Below are positions 8,967 through 17,626 of a stretch of 64,000 nucleotides of DNA, in pieces. A model generated the notes under the pieces. That model saw only the letters and a list, made by a program, of their open reading frames with translations, searched no databases and was not told the DNA's origin. A program made the translations under genes and the position numbers. Position 1 is the stretch's first letter; each line of letters opens with the position of its first letter. This DNA comes from Alphaproteobacteria bacterium (GTDB lineage Bacteria; Pseudomonadota; Alphaproteobacteria; UBA9219; RGZA01): positions 6,237 through 70,236 of the forward strand of contig JANQEX010000074.1 in assembly GCA_028278105.1 (NCBI GenBank), given 5' to 3'.

Positions 8967-10856
8967 TCAAGCCAGCGCCCTTGCCACCCAATAGGTCACG
9001 CCTGCCGCGGCATAGGCCAGCGCGAACAGGTAACCGGCCATAAAAGCGGTCCATTTCCAGCTTCCGGTCTCGCGCCGGGCCACGGCAAGAGTGGCGAAGC
9101 ACATCGGCGCGTAAACATACCAGGCCAGAAAGGCCAGGGCGGTCGGCAGGGTCCAGGCGTTTTGCAGCGTGGCGGAGAGGCTTTTTTCCAGCGCGCCGCC
9201 CGTGTCCGCCACGGCATAAACCGTGCCAAGCGCCGCCACCGCCACCTCGCGCGCGGCCATGCCGGGCACGAGGGCGATGCAGATTTCCCAATTAAAACCG
9301 ATGGGGCGGAACAGCGTTTCCAACACCCGGCCAAGCTGTCCCGCGAAACTGTAATAGATGGCCGGTTCGGACGCGCCGCCGGGCGGGGCGGGGAAGCTTG
9401 CCAGAAACCACAGCATGATGGCGGTGAGTAAAATGATCGTTCCCGCGCGGCGTAAAAAGGCATAGGCCCGCGTCCACAGTCCCAGCAGCAGGTCGCGCGG
9501 GACGGGAAGCTGGTATTTCGGCAATTCCATCAACAAGGGCTGCGCGCGCCCCTTTGCAAGGGTGAATTTCAAAACCGCCGCCATGGCAAGCGCGCTGAGA
9601 ATTCCCGCGATGTAAAGCCCGAACATCACAAGCCCCTGCAAGCCGATGCCCCCGGCCACCGCGTGGTTGGGGATGAAGGCCGCGATAATCAGCGTGAAAA
9701 CCGGCAGGCGGGCCGCGCAGGTCATCAGCGGCGCGATCATGATGGTGGTCATGCGGTCGCGCGGCGGATCAATCACGCGGGTGGCCATGATGCCGGGAAT
9801 GGCGCAGGCGAAGCTGGACAAAAGCGGAATGAAGGCGCGGCCGTTCAGGCCCACGGCGCTCATCAGCCGGTCCATCAGGAAGGCGGCGCGGGTCATGTAG
9901 CCGCTTTGCTCCAGCAGCAGGATAAAGGCGAACAGCAACAATATTTGCGGCAGGAAAATCACCACCGAGCCCACGCCGGCAATCACGCCATCGCTTATCA
10001 GGTCCGCCATCCAGCCTTGCGGCAAATGCGCCGAAGCCTGCGCCTGGAACCAGCCGAACAGGGATTCGATGGCGTTCATCGGCGCTTCGGCCCAGCTAAA
10101 CACCGCCTGAAACATCAGGAACACCACCGCCAGCAGCACCAAAGGCCCCGCCACGGGATGCAAGGCGATGGAATCAACGGCGCGGGTCAGGCGAAGAACG
10201 GCGCCTTCGCTTAACAGGACATGATCGGCAATCATGCGGGCGCGGCGCTGAAGCTCGCGCAGATCGGCCGCGTCCAGCGGGCGGTAGTTTTCGGAAGCGC
10301 AAGGGGTGGCGGCGAGGGTTTTCAGGATTTGCGGCAGCTTCGCGCGCAACTCGTTCAGCCCCGCGCGGCGCACCGCCACGGTGGGGATCACCGGCAGGCC
10401 AAGCTCCTGGGAAAGGCGGTGAATGTCGATGCGGATGCCGTTGCGCGCGGTCAGATCCATCATGTTCAGCGCCACGATCATGGGCATGCCGAGCCGCTGC
10501 ATTTCCAGCACCAGACGCAGGCCAAGGCGCAGATTGGTGGCGTCCACCACGCACACAAGGAAAGAGGGGCGCGGGTCATGCGCGCGCCTGCCAAGCAGCA
10601 CCTCGCGGGCGATGGTATGGTCGATGCCGGGCGCGTCCAGGCTGTAGGCGCCGGGAAGATCGACCAGTTCAATCTCGCAATCGTCAGCAAGCACGGCGCG
10701 GCCCCAGCGGCGCTCGACCGTGGCGCCGGGATAATTGGCCACTTTCTGGCGGCCGCCGGTCAATCCGTTGAACAGGGCGCTCTTGCCGCAATTCGGCACG
10801 CCCGCCAGCGCAAGGCGAAAGACCGGCCGGGGCGTGAGGGAACTCGCTTCCGTCAC
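8967..10856 (-). CDS. feoB: Ferrous iron transporter FeoB
   Basis: GVPNCGKS, VANYPGATVE, DLPGAYSL, NMMD G-domain motifs; multiple TM helices with CAIPG and TCAARLP. Confidence 0.96.
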   Translation of the reverse strand: MTEASSLTPRPVFRLALAGVPNCGKSALFNGLTGGRQKVANYPGATVERRWGRAVLADDCEIELVDLPGAYSLDAPGIDHTIAREVLLGRRAHDPRPSFLVCVVDATNLRLGLRLVLEMQRLGMPMIVALNMMDLTARNGIRIDIHRLSQELGLPVIPTVAVRRAGLNELRAKLPQILKTLAATPCASENYRPLDAADLRELQRRARMIADHVLLSEGAVLRLTRAVDSIALHPVAGPLVLLAVVFLMFQAVFSWAEAPMNAIESLFGWFQAQASAHLPQGWMADLISDGVIAGVGSVVIFLPQILLLFAFILLLEQSGYMTRAAFLMDRLMSAVGLNGRAFIPLLSSFACAIPGIMATRVIDPPRDRMTTIMIAPLMTCAARLPVFTLIIAAFIPNHAVAGGIGLQGLVMFGLYIAGILSALAMAAVLKFTLAKGRAQPLLMELPKYQLPVPRDLLLGLWTRAYAFLRRAGTIILLTAIMLWFLASFPAPPGGASEPAIYYSFAGQLGRVLETLFRPIGFNWEICIALVPGMAAREVAVAALGTVYAVADTGGALEKSLSATLQNAWTLPTALAFLAWYVYAPMCFATLAVARRETGSWKWTAFMAGYLFALAYAAAGVTYWVARALA

Positions 10857-10971
10857 GAGCGGTTGCGGGAAGCGTGGCGCGGAAAGCAGGGCCTTTGCAC
10901 AAGCGCCAGGCGTGCCGCAGGGCGCGTGACGAAGAGAGAGCGGGTTACTTCACGGGGCTCCTGACGGAAGT

Positions 10972-11241
10972 TCATTCGGCGGCCTCTTGTACGCCCCCGG
11001 CCGCCAGCGGCTCGACCTCGATAAAGCGGGCGTTCTCGCGCCGGATGGCGATGACATGCTCGCCGCTTTGCACCGCCAGCGGATTGCCGAACAGACCGCG
11101 ATGCAGCACCTCGACGATTTTTCCTTCCTCAAGCCCGATCTCAATCAGGTTGCGCTCGCCTTCCGCGCAGGAAGCGCCGCCGACAATGCGGGTAATGCGC
11201 GCGCGCCGGTGAAGCGGCAAATCGGAAAGGGCAAAGAGCAT
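10972..11241 (-). CDS. feoA: FeoA family protein
   Basis: LIEIGL..G..VEV...G.FGNPLAV..IAIRR pattern, upstream of feoB. Confidence 0.9.
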   Translation of the reverse strand: MLFALSDLPLHRRARITRIVGGASCAEGERNLIEIGLEEGKIVEVLHRGLFGNPLAVQSGEHVIAIRRENARFIEVEPLAAGGVQEAAE

Positions 11242-11285
11242 ATGCGTCAAGCCTTTGAAAACAAGAACGCTCCAGCCTAGCCCAG

Positions 11286-11302
11286 TTAAGAATGGCTTGC
11301 AA
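11286..11302 (-). promoter_or_regulatory. Putative Fur-type iron box upstream of feoAB
   Basis: TTGCAAGCCATTCTTAA (minus strand) is an imperfect dyad resembling alphaproteobacterial Fur boxes. Confidence 0.45.
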
Positions 11303-11344
11303 TTTGGATTTTCTAGGGGTAGTGGGTCAATTTGCTTTTATATT

Positions 11345-11523
11345 CATGCTCGCGGAAGCGGGCATCCCATTTTTCTTGGAAAAAAAATGGAACCCCCGCC
11401 GGGGTCTTGGCGCACCCGTTGCGCCGAAGCTTGCGGAGGCGAACAGGCGGGAGTCTACGCTGTAAATCCGCTGGTTATGCACCATGGGTTTAAAGCGTGG
11501 ATGCCCGCCGTCGCGGGCATGAC
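11345..11523. repeat. Cluster of CGTC-type REP palindromes with a nested insert
   Basis: CATGCTCGCGGAAGCGGGCATCC ... GGATGCCCGCCGTCGCGGGCATGAC inverted pair. Confidence 0.75.
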
Positions 11524-11535
11524 ATCGGTTCTGTT

Positions 11536-11657
11536 TAGGGTCTGAACTCAATTAGAAATGAATCAAACCAAACAAATAACTGCTCATTCCGGCGAAAGCC
11601 GGGGTGAGAAGTTGTTTTTTCGAATAAAAAAACCTGCTTAATTGAGTCCAGACCCTA
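11536..11657. mobile_element. MITE family 1, complete copy
   Basis: 19-bp TIRs TAGGGTCTGAACTCAATTA / TAATTGAGTCCAGACCCTA (1 mismatch); near-identical copy at 53942-54105. Confidence 0.8.
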
Positions 11658-11693
11658 GTAGGATTTGTTCCAAGTACAAAACGCGAGGGCAAC

Positions 11694-12005
11694 ATGAAAA
11701 CGCGCAAGATCAACCCGGCGCATCCGGGCCGCGTCCTGAAACAGGAATTCATGGAGCCGCTTGGCGTGAGCAATTACAGGCTCGCGCGCGCTTCCGGCCT
11801 TTCGCAAACGCTGATCGGCCGCATCGTATGCGGCAAGGCGGGCATTACCGCGCCGGTCGCCTTGCGGCTGGAGGCGGTGTTCGGCATGGATGCCGAAACC
11901 TGGCTCAACATGCAAAGCACATATGACCTTCTTTTGGCGCGGCAAAGCGACGGCGGCACCACGCGCAAGGCCGCACGGCGAATTGCGGATGAAATAAGGG
12001 CATAA
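11694..12005 (+). CDS. higA: HigA-family antitoxin (XRE HTH), no adjacent toxin
   Basis: HPGRVLKQEFMEPLG, ITAPVALRL, WLNMQSTYDL. Confidence 0.88.
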   Translation: MKTRKINPAHPGRVLKQEFMEPLGVSNYRLARASGLSQTLIGRIVCGKAGITAPVALRLEAVFGMDAETWLNMQSTYDLLLARQSDGGTTRKAARRIADEIRA

Positions 12006-12017
12006 GCGAAGCGTTTC

Positions 12018-12989
12018 TTACACCGTTTTCTCAAACGCCTCTTCCCATGTGCCTTGCGTGGCGGCCTTGGAGTATTCGGTGGCGCGGGCCTCGAAGAAAT
12101 TGGCGTGCTCCATGCCGTTCAGAATATCGTCCATCCAGGGAAGCGGGTTTTTCTCGACGCCATAGATGGGCTTCAGCCCAAGCTGTTCCAGCCGCCGGTC
12201 GGCGATATGGCGGATATAGTGTTTCACTTCGTCCGCCGTCAGGCCTTCCACCGGGCCCAGTTCGAAGGCCAGATCGATAAACGCATCTTCGTGGTGGACG
12301 ATGGTCCGGCAGGCCTCCACGATGTCGTTCCGTAGCCTGTCCGTCCACACATCGGGGTTTTCCTCAATGAAGGTGCGGAACAGGCGGATAATGCTTTGCG
12401 TGTGCAGCGTTTCATCGCGCACCGACCATGTCACGATCTGTCCCATGCCCTTCAGCTTGTTGAAGCGCGGGAAGTTCATCAAAATGGCGAAAGAAGCGAA
12501 AAGCTGAAGCCCTTCGGTAAAAGCGCCGAACACCGCCATGGTGCGGGCGATTTCATAGGGATTTTCGACATTGAATCCCTGCATGTAGTCGTATTTGTCC
12601 TTCATCTGCTTGTAGCGCAGGAAGGCCGAATACTCGATCTCCGGCATGCCGATGGTGTCCAGCAGGTGCGAATAGGCGGCGATATGCACCGTCTCCATGT
12701 TCGAAAACGCCGCCAGCATCATGCAGACTTCGGTCGGCTTGAACACGCGGGCGTAGTGACGCATGTAGCAGTTGTTCACTTCCACGTCCGCCTGCGTGAA
12801 GAAGCGGAAAATCTGCGTCACGAGATTGCGCTCGCCCTCGGTCAGCTTCTTGTGCCAGTCCTTCACGTCGTCGGCCAGCGGCACTTCTTCGGGCAGCCAG
12901 TGAATCTGCTGCTGCTTGAGCCACATCTCATAGGCCCAGGGATAGTGAAACGGCTTGTAGACAGGGTTGTCGGTGAGGAGGTTGGGCAT
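12018..12989 (-). CDS. nrdB: Ribonucleotide reductase class Ia beta subunit
   Basis: HWLPEEV, FFTQAD, ETVH..AY, EGLQLF, RDETLH, NFFE; alternative start at 13007. Confidence 0.96.
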   Translation of the reverse strand: MPNLLTDNPVYKPFHYPWAYEMWLKQQQIHWLPEEVPLADDVKDWHKKLTEGERNLVTQIFRFFTQADVEVNNCYMRHYARVFKPTEVCMMLAAFSNMETVHIAAYSHLLDTIGMPEIEYSAFLRYKQMKDKYDYMQGFNVENPYEIARTMAVFGAFTEGLQLFASFAILMNFPRFNKLKGMGQIVTWSVRDETLHTQSIIRLFRTFIEENPDVWTDRLRNDIVEACRTIVHHEDAFIDLAFELGPVEGLTADEVKHYIRHIADRRLEQLGLKPIYGVEKNPLPWMDDILNGMEHANFFEARATEYSKAATQGTWEEAFEKTV

Positions 12990-13038
12990 GGGAGCTTTGG
13001 CAGGCATAAGTTGGAAAAATTACAACCTTTGGTCACGG

Positions 13039-13140
13039 CGTCATTGCGGGCGGCCAACGGAAGCGACGCAATCCAGAAGACTTATAAATTAAAGGTGCTG
13101 AATTGCTTCGCCGGCCCCTATGGGCCTCCTGGCAATGACG
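13039..13140. repeat. CGTCATTGCG...GCAATGACG palindromic element (second copy 34229-34406)
   Basis: Terminal inverted CGTCATTGC / GCAATGACG with internal GCAATCC / ATTGCTTCG arms. Confidence 0.75.
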
Positions 13141-13159
13141 AAATGAAGAAACAGAAAGT

Positions 13160-13471
13160 TTACTTGGAACCGCTTCTTTGGATCTGCCCAAGGATGTCAA
13201 GGCACCACTCAACCTCGATGCGGGCGAGTTGCGTTTTTTCGTCTTCCGAATAATTTTCCGCGCCGTCCTGGGTGATCTCGCGGAAGAGGCGCAGCGCCTC
13301 GAACGCGGCCACGTAGGACACCTCTTCCTTCATGCCCTCCGGCAGGCGCCGGGCAATCCGGCGGCCGAGCGTGGCCTTGGTCAGCTCGGCAAGGTCCACC
13401 ACGATTTCCTGGCGAAAGCCGCGCATGGAGTCCGGAGTGAGGGGGAGAAGGGAGTGGGGAGTCGTTTGCAT
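13160..13471 (-). CDS. Hypothetical protein between nrdA and nrdB
   Basis: 103-aa ORF with GAAGGA upstream and host-like GC3; no family recognised. Confidence 0.7.
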   Translation of the reverse strand: MQTTPHSLLPLTPDSMRGFRQEIVVDLAELTKATLGRRIARRLPEGMKEEVSYVAAFEALRLFREITQDGAENYSEDEKTQLARIEVEWCLDILGQIQRSGSK

Positions 13472-13553
13472 GCTACGCTCGTTTCCTTCAAAAGCCGGTG
13501 GGGAAGCCGGGTTACATAGACCCAAACAGGCGGCCTGTCACCTCTCTTTTATA

Positions 13554-15425
13554 TCACTGACAGGACAGGCATTCCTCGTATTTATTACTTTCATCAACGG
13601 ATTCAACGAGTGTCGCGCCGCTCATGGGCAGGCGGGGCTCGTCATTGGCCGCTGGTTTTGGGGTATTCCTGTCAAGAAAGCTTTTCGCGGTATCGGTATT
13701 CTCGGCCCGCGCCACCGAGCGCGAGCGGCAATAATAAAGACTCTTCACGCCTTTTTTCCATGCCGTGAAATGAATCTGGTGCAGATCGCGCTTGTGCACG
13801 TTGGCGGGCAGGAAGATGTTCAGGCTTTGCGACTGGCAGATGAAAGGCGCGCGGTCGGCCGCGAGTTCGACGACCCAGCGCTGATCGATTTCGAATGCGG
13901 TGCGGAACACCATTTTTTCCTGCTCCGACAGGAAGGGCAGATGCTGCACCGATCCTTCCAGCAGCGTGATTGAGCGCCAGACGTCATCATTGTTCTGGCC
14001 GTATCTGGCCAAAACCGTCTCAAGATGCTTGTTGCGCACGGGAAAGGAACCGGAAAGCGTCTTGTGGGTATAGGAGTTGCCCACAATCGGCTCGATGCCC
14101 GGCGAAGCCCCGCCGCAAATGATGGATATGGAGGCCGTCGGGGCGATGGCGATCTTGTTGGAAAAACGCTCATTGATGCCGAAATCCTTGGCGTCGGGGC
14201 AGGCGTCCCTGGTTTGCGCCAGAAGCTGCGAAGCCTTGTCGGCCTCCGCCTTGATGTGGCTGAAAACGCGCTTGTTCCATACCTTGGCCATCACCGACTC
14301 CCACGGCACGCCTTGCGCCTGAAGGAAGGAATGAAAGCCCATCACGCCGAGACCCACCGAGCGTTCGCGCATGGCGGAATAGCGGGCGCGGGCCATCTGG
14401 CCGGGCGCGCGTTCGATGAAATCCTGCAAGACATTGTCGAGGAAGCGCAGGCAATCGGTGATGAAAGAAGGGTGTTCCTGCCATTCCAGAAAGTATTCCA
14501 GATTGAGTGACGAGAGGCAGCATACGGCCGTGCGGTCCTGGCCAAAGCGGTCGGGGCCGGTGGACAGGGTGATCTCCGAGCAGAGATTCGACATCTTGAC
14601 CATGTGTCCCGCCAGCTTCTGGTGTTCGGGCAGGGCGCGGTTCACATGGTCGATGAACAGAAGATAAGGCTCGCCCGTTTCGACGCGGGCGGTCAGGATG
14701 CGAATCCAGAGCGCGCGGGCGGAGATGCGGCGGATGACGCTGTTGTCCTTGGGACTCGTCAGGGCCCATTCCTCGTCGTTTTCCACGGCGCGCATGAAGG
14801 CGTCGGGAATGACCACGCCATGATGCAGGTTCAGGGATTTGCGGTTGGCGTCGCCGCCGGTCGGGCGGCGCATTTCGATGAATTCCTCAATCTCCGGGTG
14901 GCTGACCGGCAGGTAGGTGGCCGCCGATCCGCGGCGCAGGCTTCCCTGGCTGATGGCGAGCGTCAGCGCGTCCATCACCTTGATGAAGGGCATGATGCCC
15001 GATGTCTTGCCGTTGCCGCCCACCTTTTCGCCGATGGAGCGCAGATTTCCCCAATAGCTGCCGATGCCGCCCCCTCTGGCGGCCAGCCACACATTCTCGT
15101 TCCATAAATCGACAATGCCGGTCAGGCTGTCGCTGGCCTCGTTCAGGAAGCAGGAGATCGGCAACCCGCGCTCGGTGCCGCCATTGCTCAGAACCGGCGT
15201 GGCGGGCATGAACCACAGATTGCTCATATAGTCGTAGATGCGCTGGGCGTGGGCGGTGTCGTCGGCATAATGCATGGCCACGCGGGCGAACATGTCCTGC
15301 GGGTCTTCGCCGGGCAGAAGATAGCGGTCTTCCAGCGTGGCATGGCCAAAAGGCGTCACCCGGCCGTTGCGCGACCGGTCAAGAATAACCTTGGGGCCCT
15401 GTTCAACCTGGACGACATCAAACAT
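13554..15425 (-). CDS. nrdA: Ribonucleotide reductase class Ia alpha subunit (no ATP cone)
   Basis: PATP, ISCF, SNLCSEI, VCCLSS, APTAS, KSLYY, C-terminal CLSCQ; AAGGAG RBS before ATG 15425. Confidence 0.97.
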   Translation of the reverse strand: MFDVVQVEQGPKVILDRSRNGRVTPFGHATLEDRYLLPGEDPQDMFARVAMHYADDTAHAQRIYDYMSNLWFMPATPVLSNGGTERGLPISCFLNEASDSLTGIVDLWNENVWLAARGGGIGSYWGNLRSIGEKVGGNGKTSGIMPFIKVMDALTLAISQGSLRRGSAATYLPVSHPEIEEFIEMRRPTGGDANRKSLNLHHGVVIPDAFMRAVENDEEWALTSPKDNSVIRRISARALWIRILTARVETGEPYLLFIDHVNRALPEHQKLAGHMVKMSNLCSEITLSTGPDRFGQDRTAVCCLSSLNLEYFLEWQEHPSFITDCLRFLDNVLQDFIERAPGQMARARYSAMRERSVGLGVMGFHSFLQAQGVPWESVMAKVWNKRVFSHIKAEADKASQLLAQTRDACPDAKDFGINERFSNKIAIAPTASISIICGGASPGIEPIVGNSYTHKTLSGSFPVRNKHLETVLARYGQNNDDVWRSITLLEGSVQHLPFLSEQEKMVFRTAFEIDQRWVVELAADRAPFICQSQSLNIFLPANVHKRDLHQIHFTAWKKGVKSLYYCRSRSVARAENTDTAKSFLDRNTPKPAANDEPRLPMSGATLVESVDESNKYEECLSCQ

Positions 15426-15574
15426 CGACGGACTCCTTAGTACTTCGCGGGCGGGCAAATCAGCCGCCGCAAGGGGTGAAAGCGCGGATTTTGGATTGTG
15501 GAGCCGAATTCGGCCCACCGGTCCATGAACAGCCACGAAGGCAAGAACGGCTTGGCATTGCGTGTCCTCCGCAG

Positions 15575-15610
15575 CTATCCACAGCTATTGATAAGTGTCG
15601 GTGTGGATAA
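15575..15610. promoter_or_regulatory. Two DnaA boxes upstream of nrdA
   Basis: CTATCCACA (15575-15583, 1 mismatch) and TGTGGATAA (15602-15610, perfect). Confidence 0.6.
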
Positions 15611-15618
15611 GACTGTAA

Positions 15619-15665
15619 CCACCACATATTGTGGAAATGAAAAATCATAATACCAAAGATTGCGT
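15619..15665. promoter_or_regulatory. Tandem NrdR boxes
   Basis: Cores CCACATATTG (15622) and CCAAAGATTG (15653), 31 bp apart, upstream of nrdA. Confidence 0.65.
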
Positions 15666-16012
15666 TAAAGTCACCAATCAAGGAGTTTATTCCGCTATGC
15701 AAAAAACACTGGGTTAACCTTGGATCAAATCTGTTTTGGTTCACGAATTTATTTTTGGATTCTGTCCGGATTCTTTTCTTTCTCCACCAGATTTTTGCTG
15801 AAAGGAAAGAAAATAATCGGGTTTGGAAAGCTTTTTTGGAAAAAACGCCAAGCAAGAGACCCCACCTCGCCAGAAAATAAAAAGCACGGATTTTGCCGAA
15901 TGAAATTCAGGCATCTGTTATTCTCTCGATTGGCATTTCTTCTTTTCTTCTTACGTGTACACGCAAAAATAGATAATAAACACCACTTTAAAATTTTTAT
16001 TCTGCCTTACGA

Positions 16013-17071
16013 ATGCTCAGTCCTGCACGACCATTTCGAATCCTGCACATCATGGCCAGCCGCGGCCTTGGCGGGGCGGAAACCTATGCGGGCGACATCA
16101 TGCTGAGCCTCCATGGGGCGGGCGTCGATCAGGACGTGGTGATGGCGAAGGATGCCCCGCGCCGCGCCGAGATTGCCGCCGCAGGCGTTCGCGTCCATGG
16201 GAATATTCTGGCGGCTCCCCTGCGCGGCATGCAAAAAGCGCGGCTGCGCCGCCTGGTGGAGCAGGCAAAACCCGGCCTGATCCATTGCTGGATGCGCCGC
16301 GCGGCAAGCCTTGTTCCTGAAAAAACGGGCATACCGGTCATCGGCTGGTTCGGCGGCTATTACGACCCGCGCCATTTCGCCCGCTGCACGCAGTTTGCCG
16401 GTGTCACGCGGGATATTGTGGCTCACATGATTGCGCAAGGCGTGCCTGCCGGTCACGCCCATTTTGTGCCGACTTTTCCCGATGTGAAGGACGGGCCGCC
16501 GGTGGACCGCGTCCACCTGCAAACGCCCGAAAAAGCGAAGGTGATTTTGGCGCTTTCCCGCCTTCACCCCAAAAAAGGGCTGGATACGCTGTTGCGCGCC
16601 GCGCAGGGTCTGGCGGGCGTTCATCTGTGGCTTGCGGGCGAGGGACCGCTCCGGCGCGCGTTGCAGCGCCTTGCGCGTACGTTGAACATGGAAGAGCGCG
16701 TGCGCTTCCTTGGCTGGCGCACCGACCGGGGCGCGCTTTTACGGGCGGCGGATGTCTGTGTGCTGCCTTCGCGCTATGAGCCGTTCGGCACCGTGATTCT
16801 GGAAGCCTGGGCGGCGAAAACGCCGCTGGTGGCCTGCCGGAGCGCCGGTCCCGCCGCGCATGTCGAGGACGGGGAAAACGGCCTGCTCGTTCCCATTGAT
16901 GATGTCAAAGGTCTCGCCGAAGCCTTGAAGCGCGTATTGGATGATAAATCCTTGCGGCAAAGGCTGATTGAAGGCGGCCATGCCCGTTATCAGGACGACT
17001 ATACGCGCGAAGCGGTAACAAAACGCATGATTGCCCTTTACCGTGAGTTGACGGGGAGACAGGCAAAGTAA
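16013..17071 (+). CDS. GT4 family glycosyltransferase
   Basis: GGAE, SRLHPKKG, PSRYEPFGTVILEAW motifs. Confidence 0.92.
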   Translation: MLSPARPFRILHIMASRGLGGAETYAGDIMLSLHGAGVDQDVVMAKDAPRRAEIAAAGVRVHGNILAAPLRGMQKARLRRLVEQAKPGLIHCWMRRAASLVPEKTGIPVIGWFGGYYDPRHFARCTQFAGVTRDIVAHMIAQGVPAGHAHFVPTFPDVKDGPPVDRVHLQTPEKAKVILALSRLHPKKGLDTLLRAAQGLAGVHLWLAGEGPLRRALQRLARTLNMEERVRFLGWRTDRGALLRAADVCVLPSRYEPFGTVILEAWAAKTPLVACRSAGPAAHVEDGENGLLVPIDDVKGLAEALKRVLDDKSLRQRLIEGGHARYQDDYTREAVTKRMIALYRELTGRQAK

Positions 17072-17112
17072 TTATAGCCGTACCCATTCATTTCCATGCA
17101 TCCCACCCCGAA

Positions 17113-17320
17113 CACTCCCGCGGAAGCGGGAGTCTCGTTTAGGGTCTAGACTCAATTAGAAATGAATCAAACCAAACAGATAGCTGCTCATTCCGGCGCA
17201 AGCCGGAATCCAGCAACCGCCGAAGGCGGGTGCATGAAGCCTCCGGCTTCATGCTGGACCCCGGCTGGAGCCTGCCCCTGCCCCCGCCTTCGCGGGGGTA
17301 AACTCCAGCGGGGGCGGGAA
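17113..17320. mobile_element. REP followed by the left part of MITE family 1 with nested palindromes
   Basis: TAGGGTCTAGACTCAATTAGAAATGAATCAAACC at 17140 matches the 11536 left end; right TIR absent. Confidence 0.7.
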
Positions 17321-17385
17321 TATGCATATGGGCAATCCCCATATGAAAATTATTTGGTTTTGCTATAGACATGGCAGAAACATGT

Positions 17386-17596
17386 CCTCCTCCCTTTGGG
17401 AGGGGATAGGGGAGGGATATCGAAAAGGGTCGAGAGGGTCATAAGGGGTCAAGAGGGTCAAAGACCCTTGAGCCTCCTATCCCTCCAGTTATCTCTCCCC
17501 TTTGCTCCCTCTCCGCCTTCGCTCCGCGAGCTACGGCGGACGAGCTTTCTCCAAGGACCCGCCGGAGCCTTGGCGCAGGCGGGCCGGAGGCAGGGG
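17386..17596. repeat. Composite of a CCCTCCC...GGGAGGGG element, a periodic array and a GCCTTCG...CAAGGACCCGCC element (related composites 21639-21963, 28773-28990, 58463-58668)
   Basis: Shared block GGCGGAC(G/A)AGCTTTCT(C/T)CAAGGACCCGCC seen in four places in the window. Confidence 0.75.
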
Positions 17597-17626
17597 AATA
17601 TTCCGGCGCGATCAGGAACCACGCAC

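Noticed and set aside
11345..11657. Possible CRISPR array among the repeat clusters
   Set aside because: No constant direct repeat with unique equal-length spacers and no cas genes; the repeats are dispersed palindromes.
15575..16000. Replication origin suggested by DnaA boxes plus an AT-rich tract
   Set aside because: Only two boxes, beside NrdR sites at nrdA, and no origin-associated genes; promoter regulation is the simpler reading.
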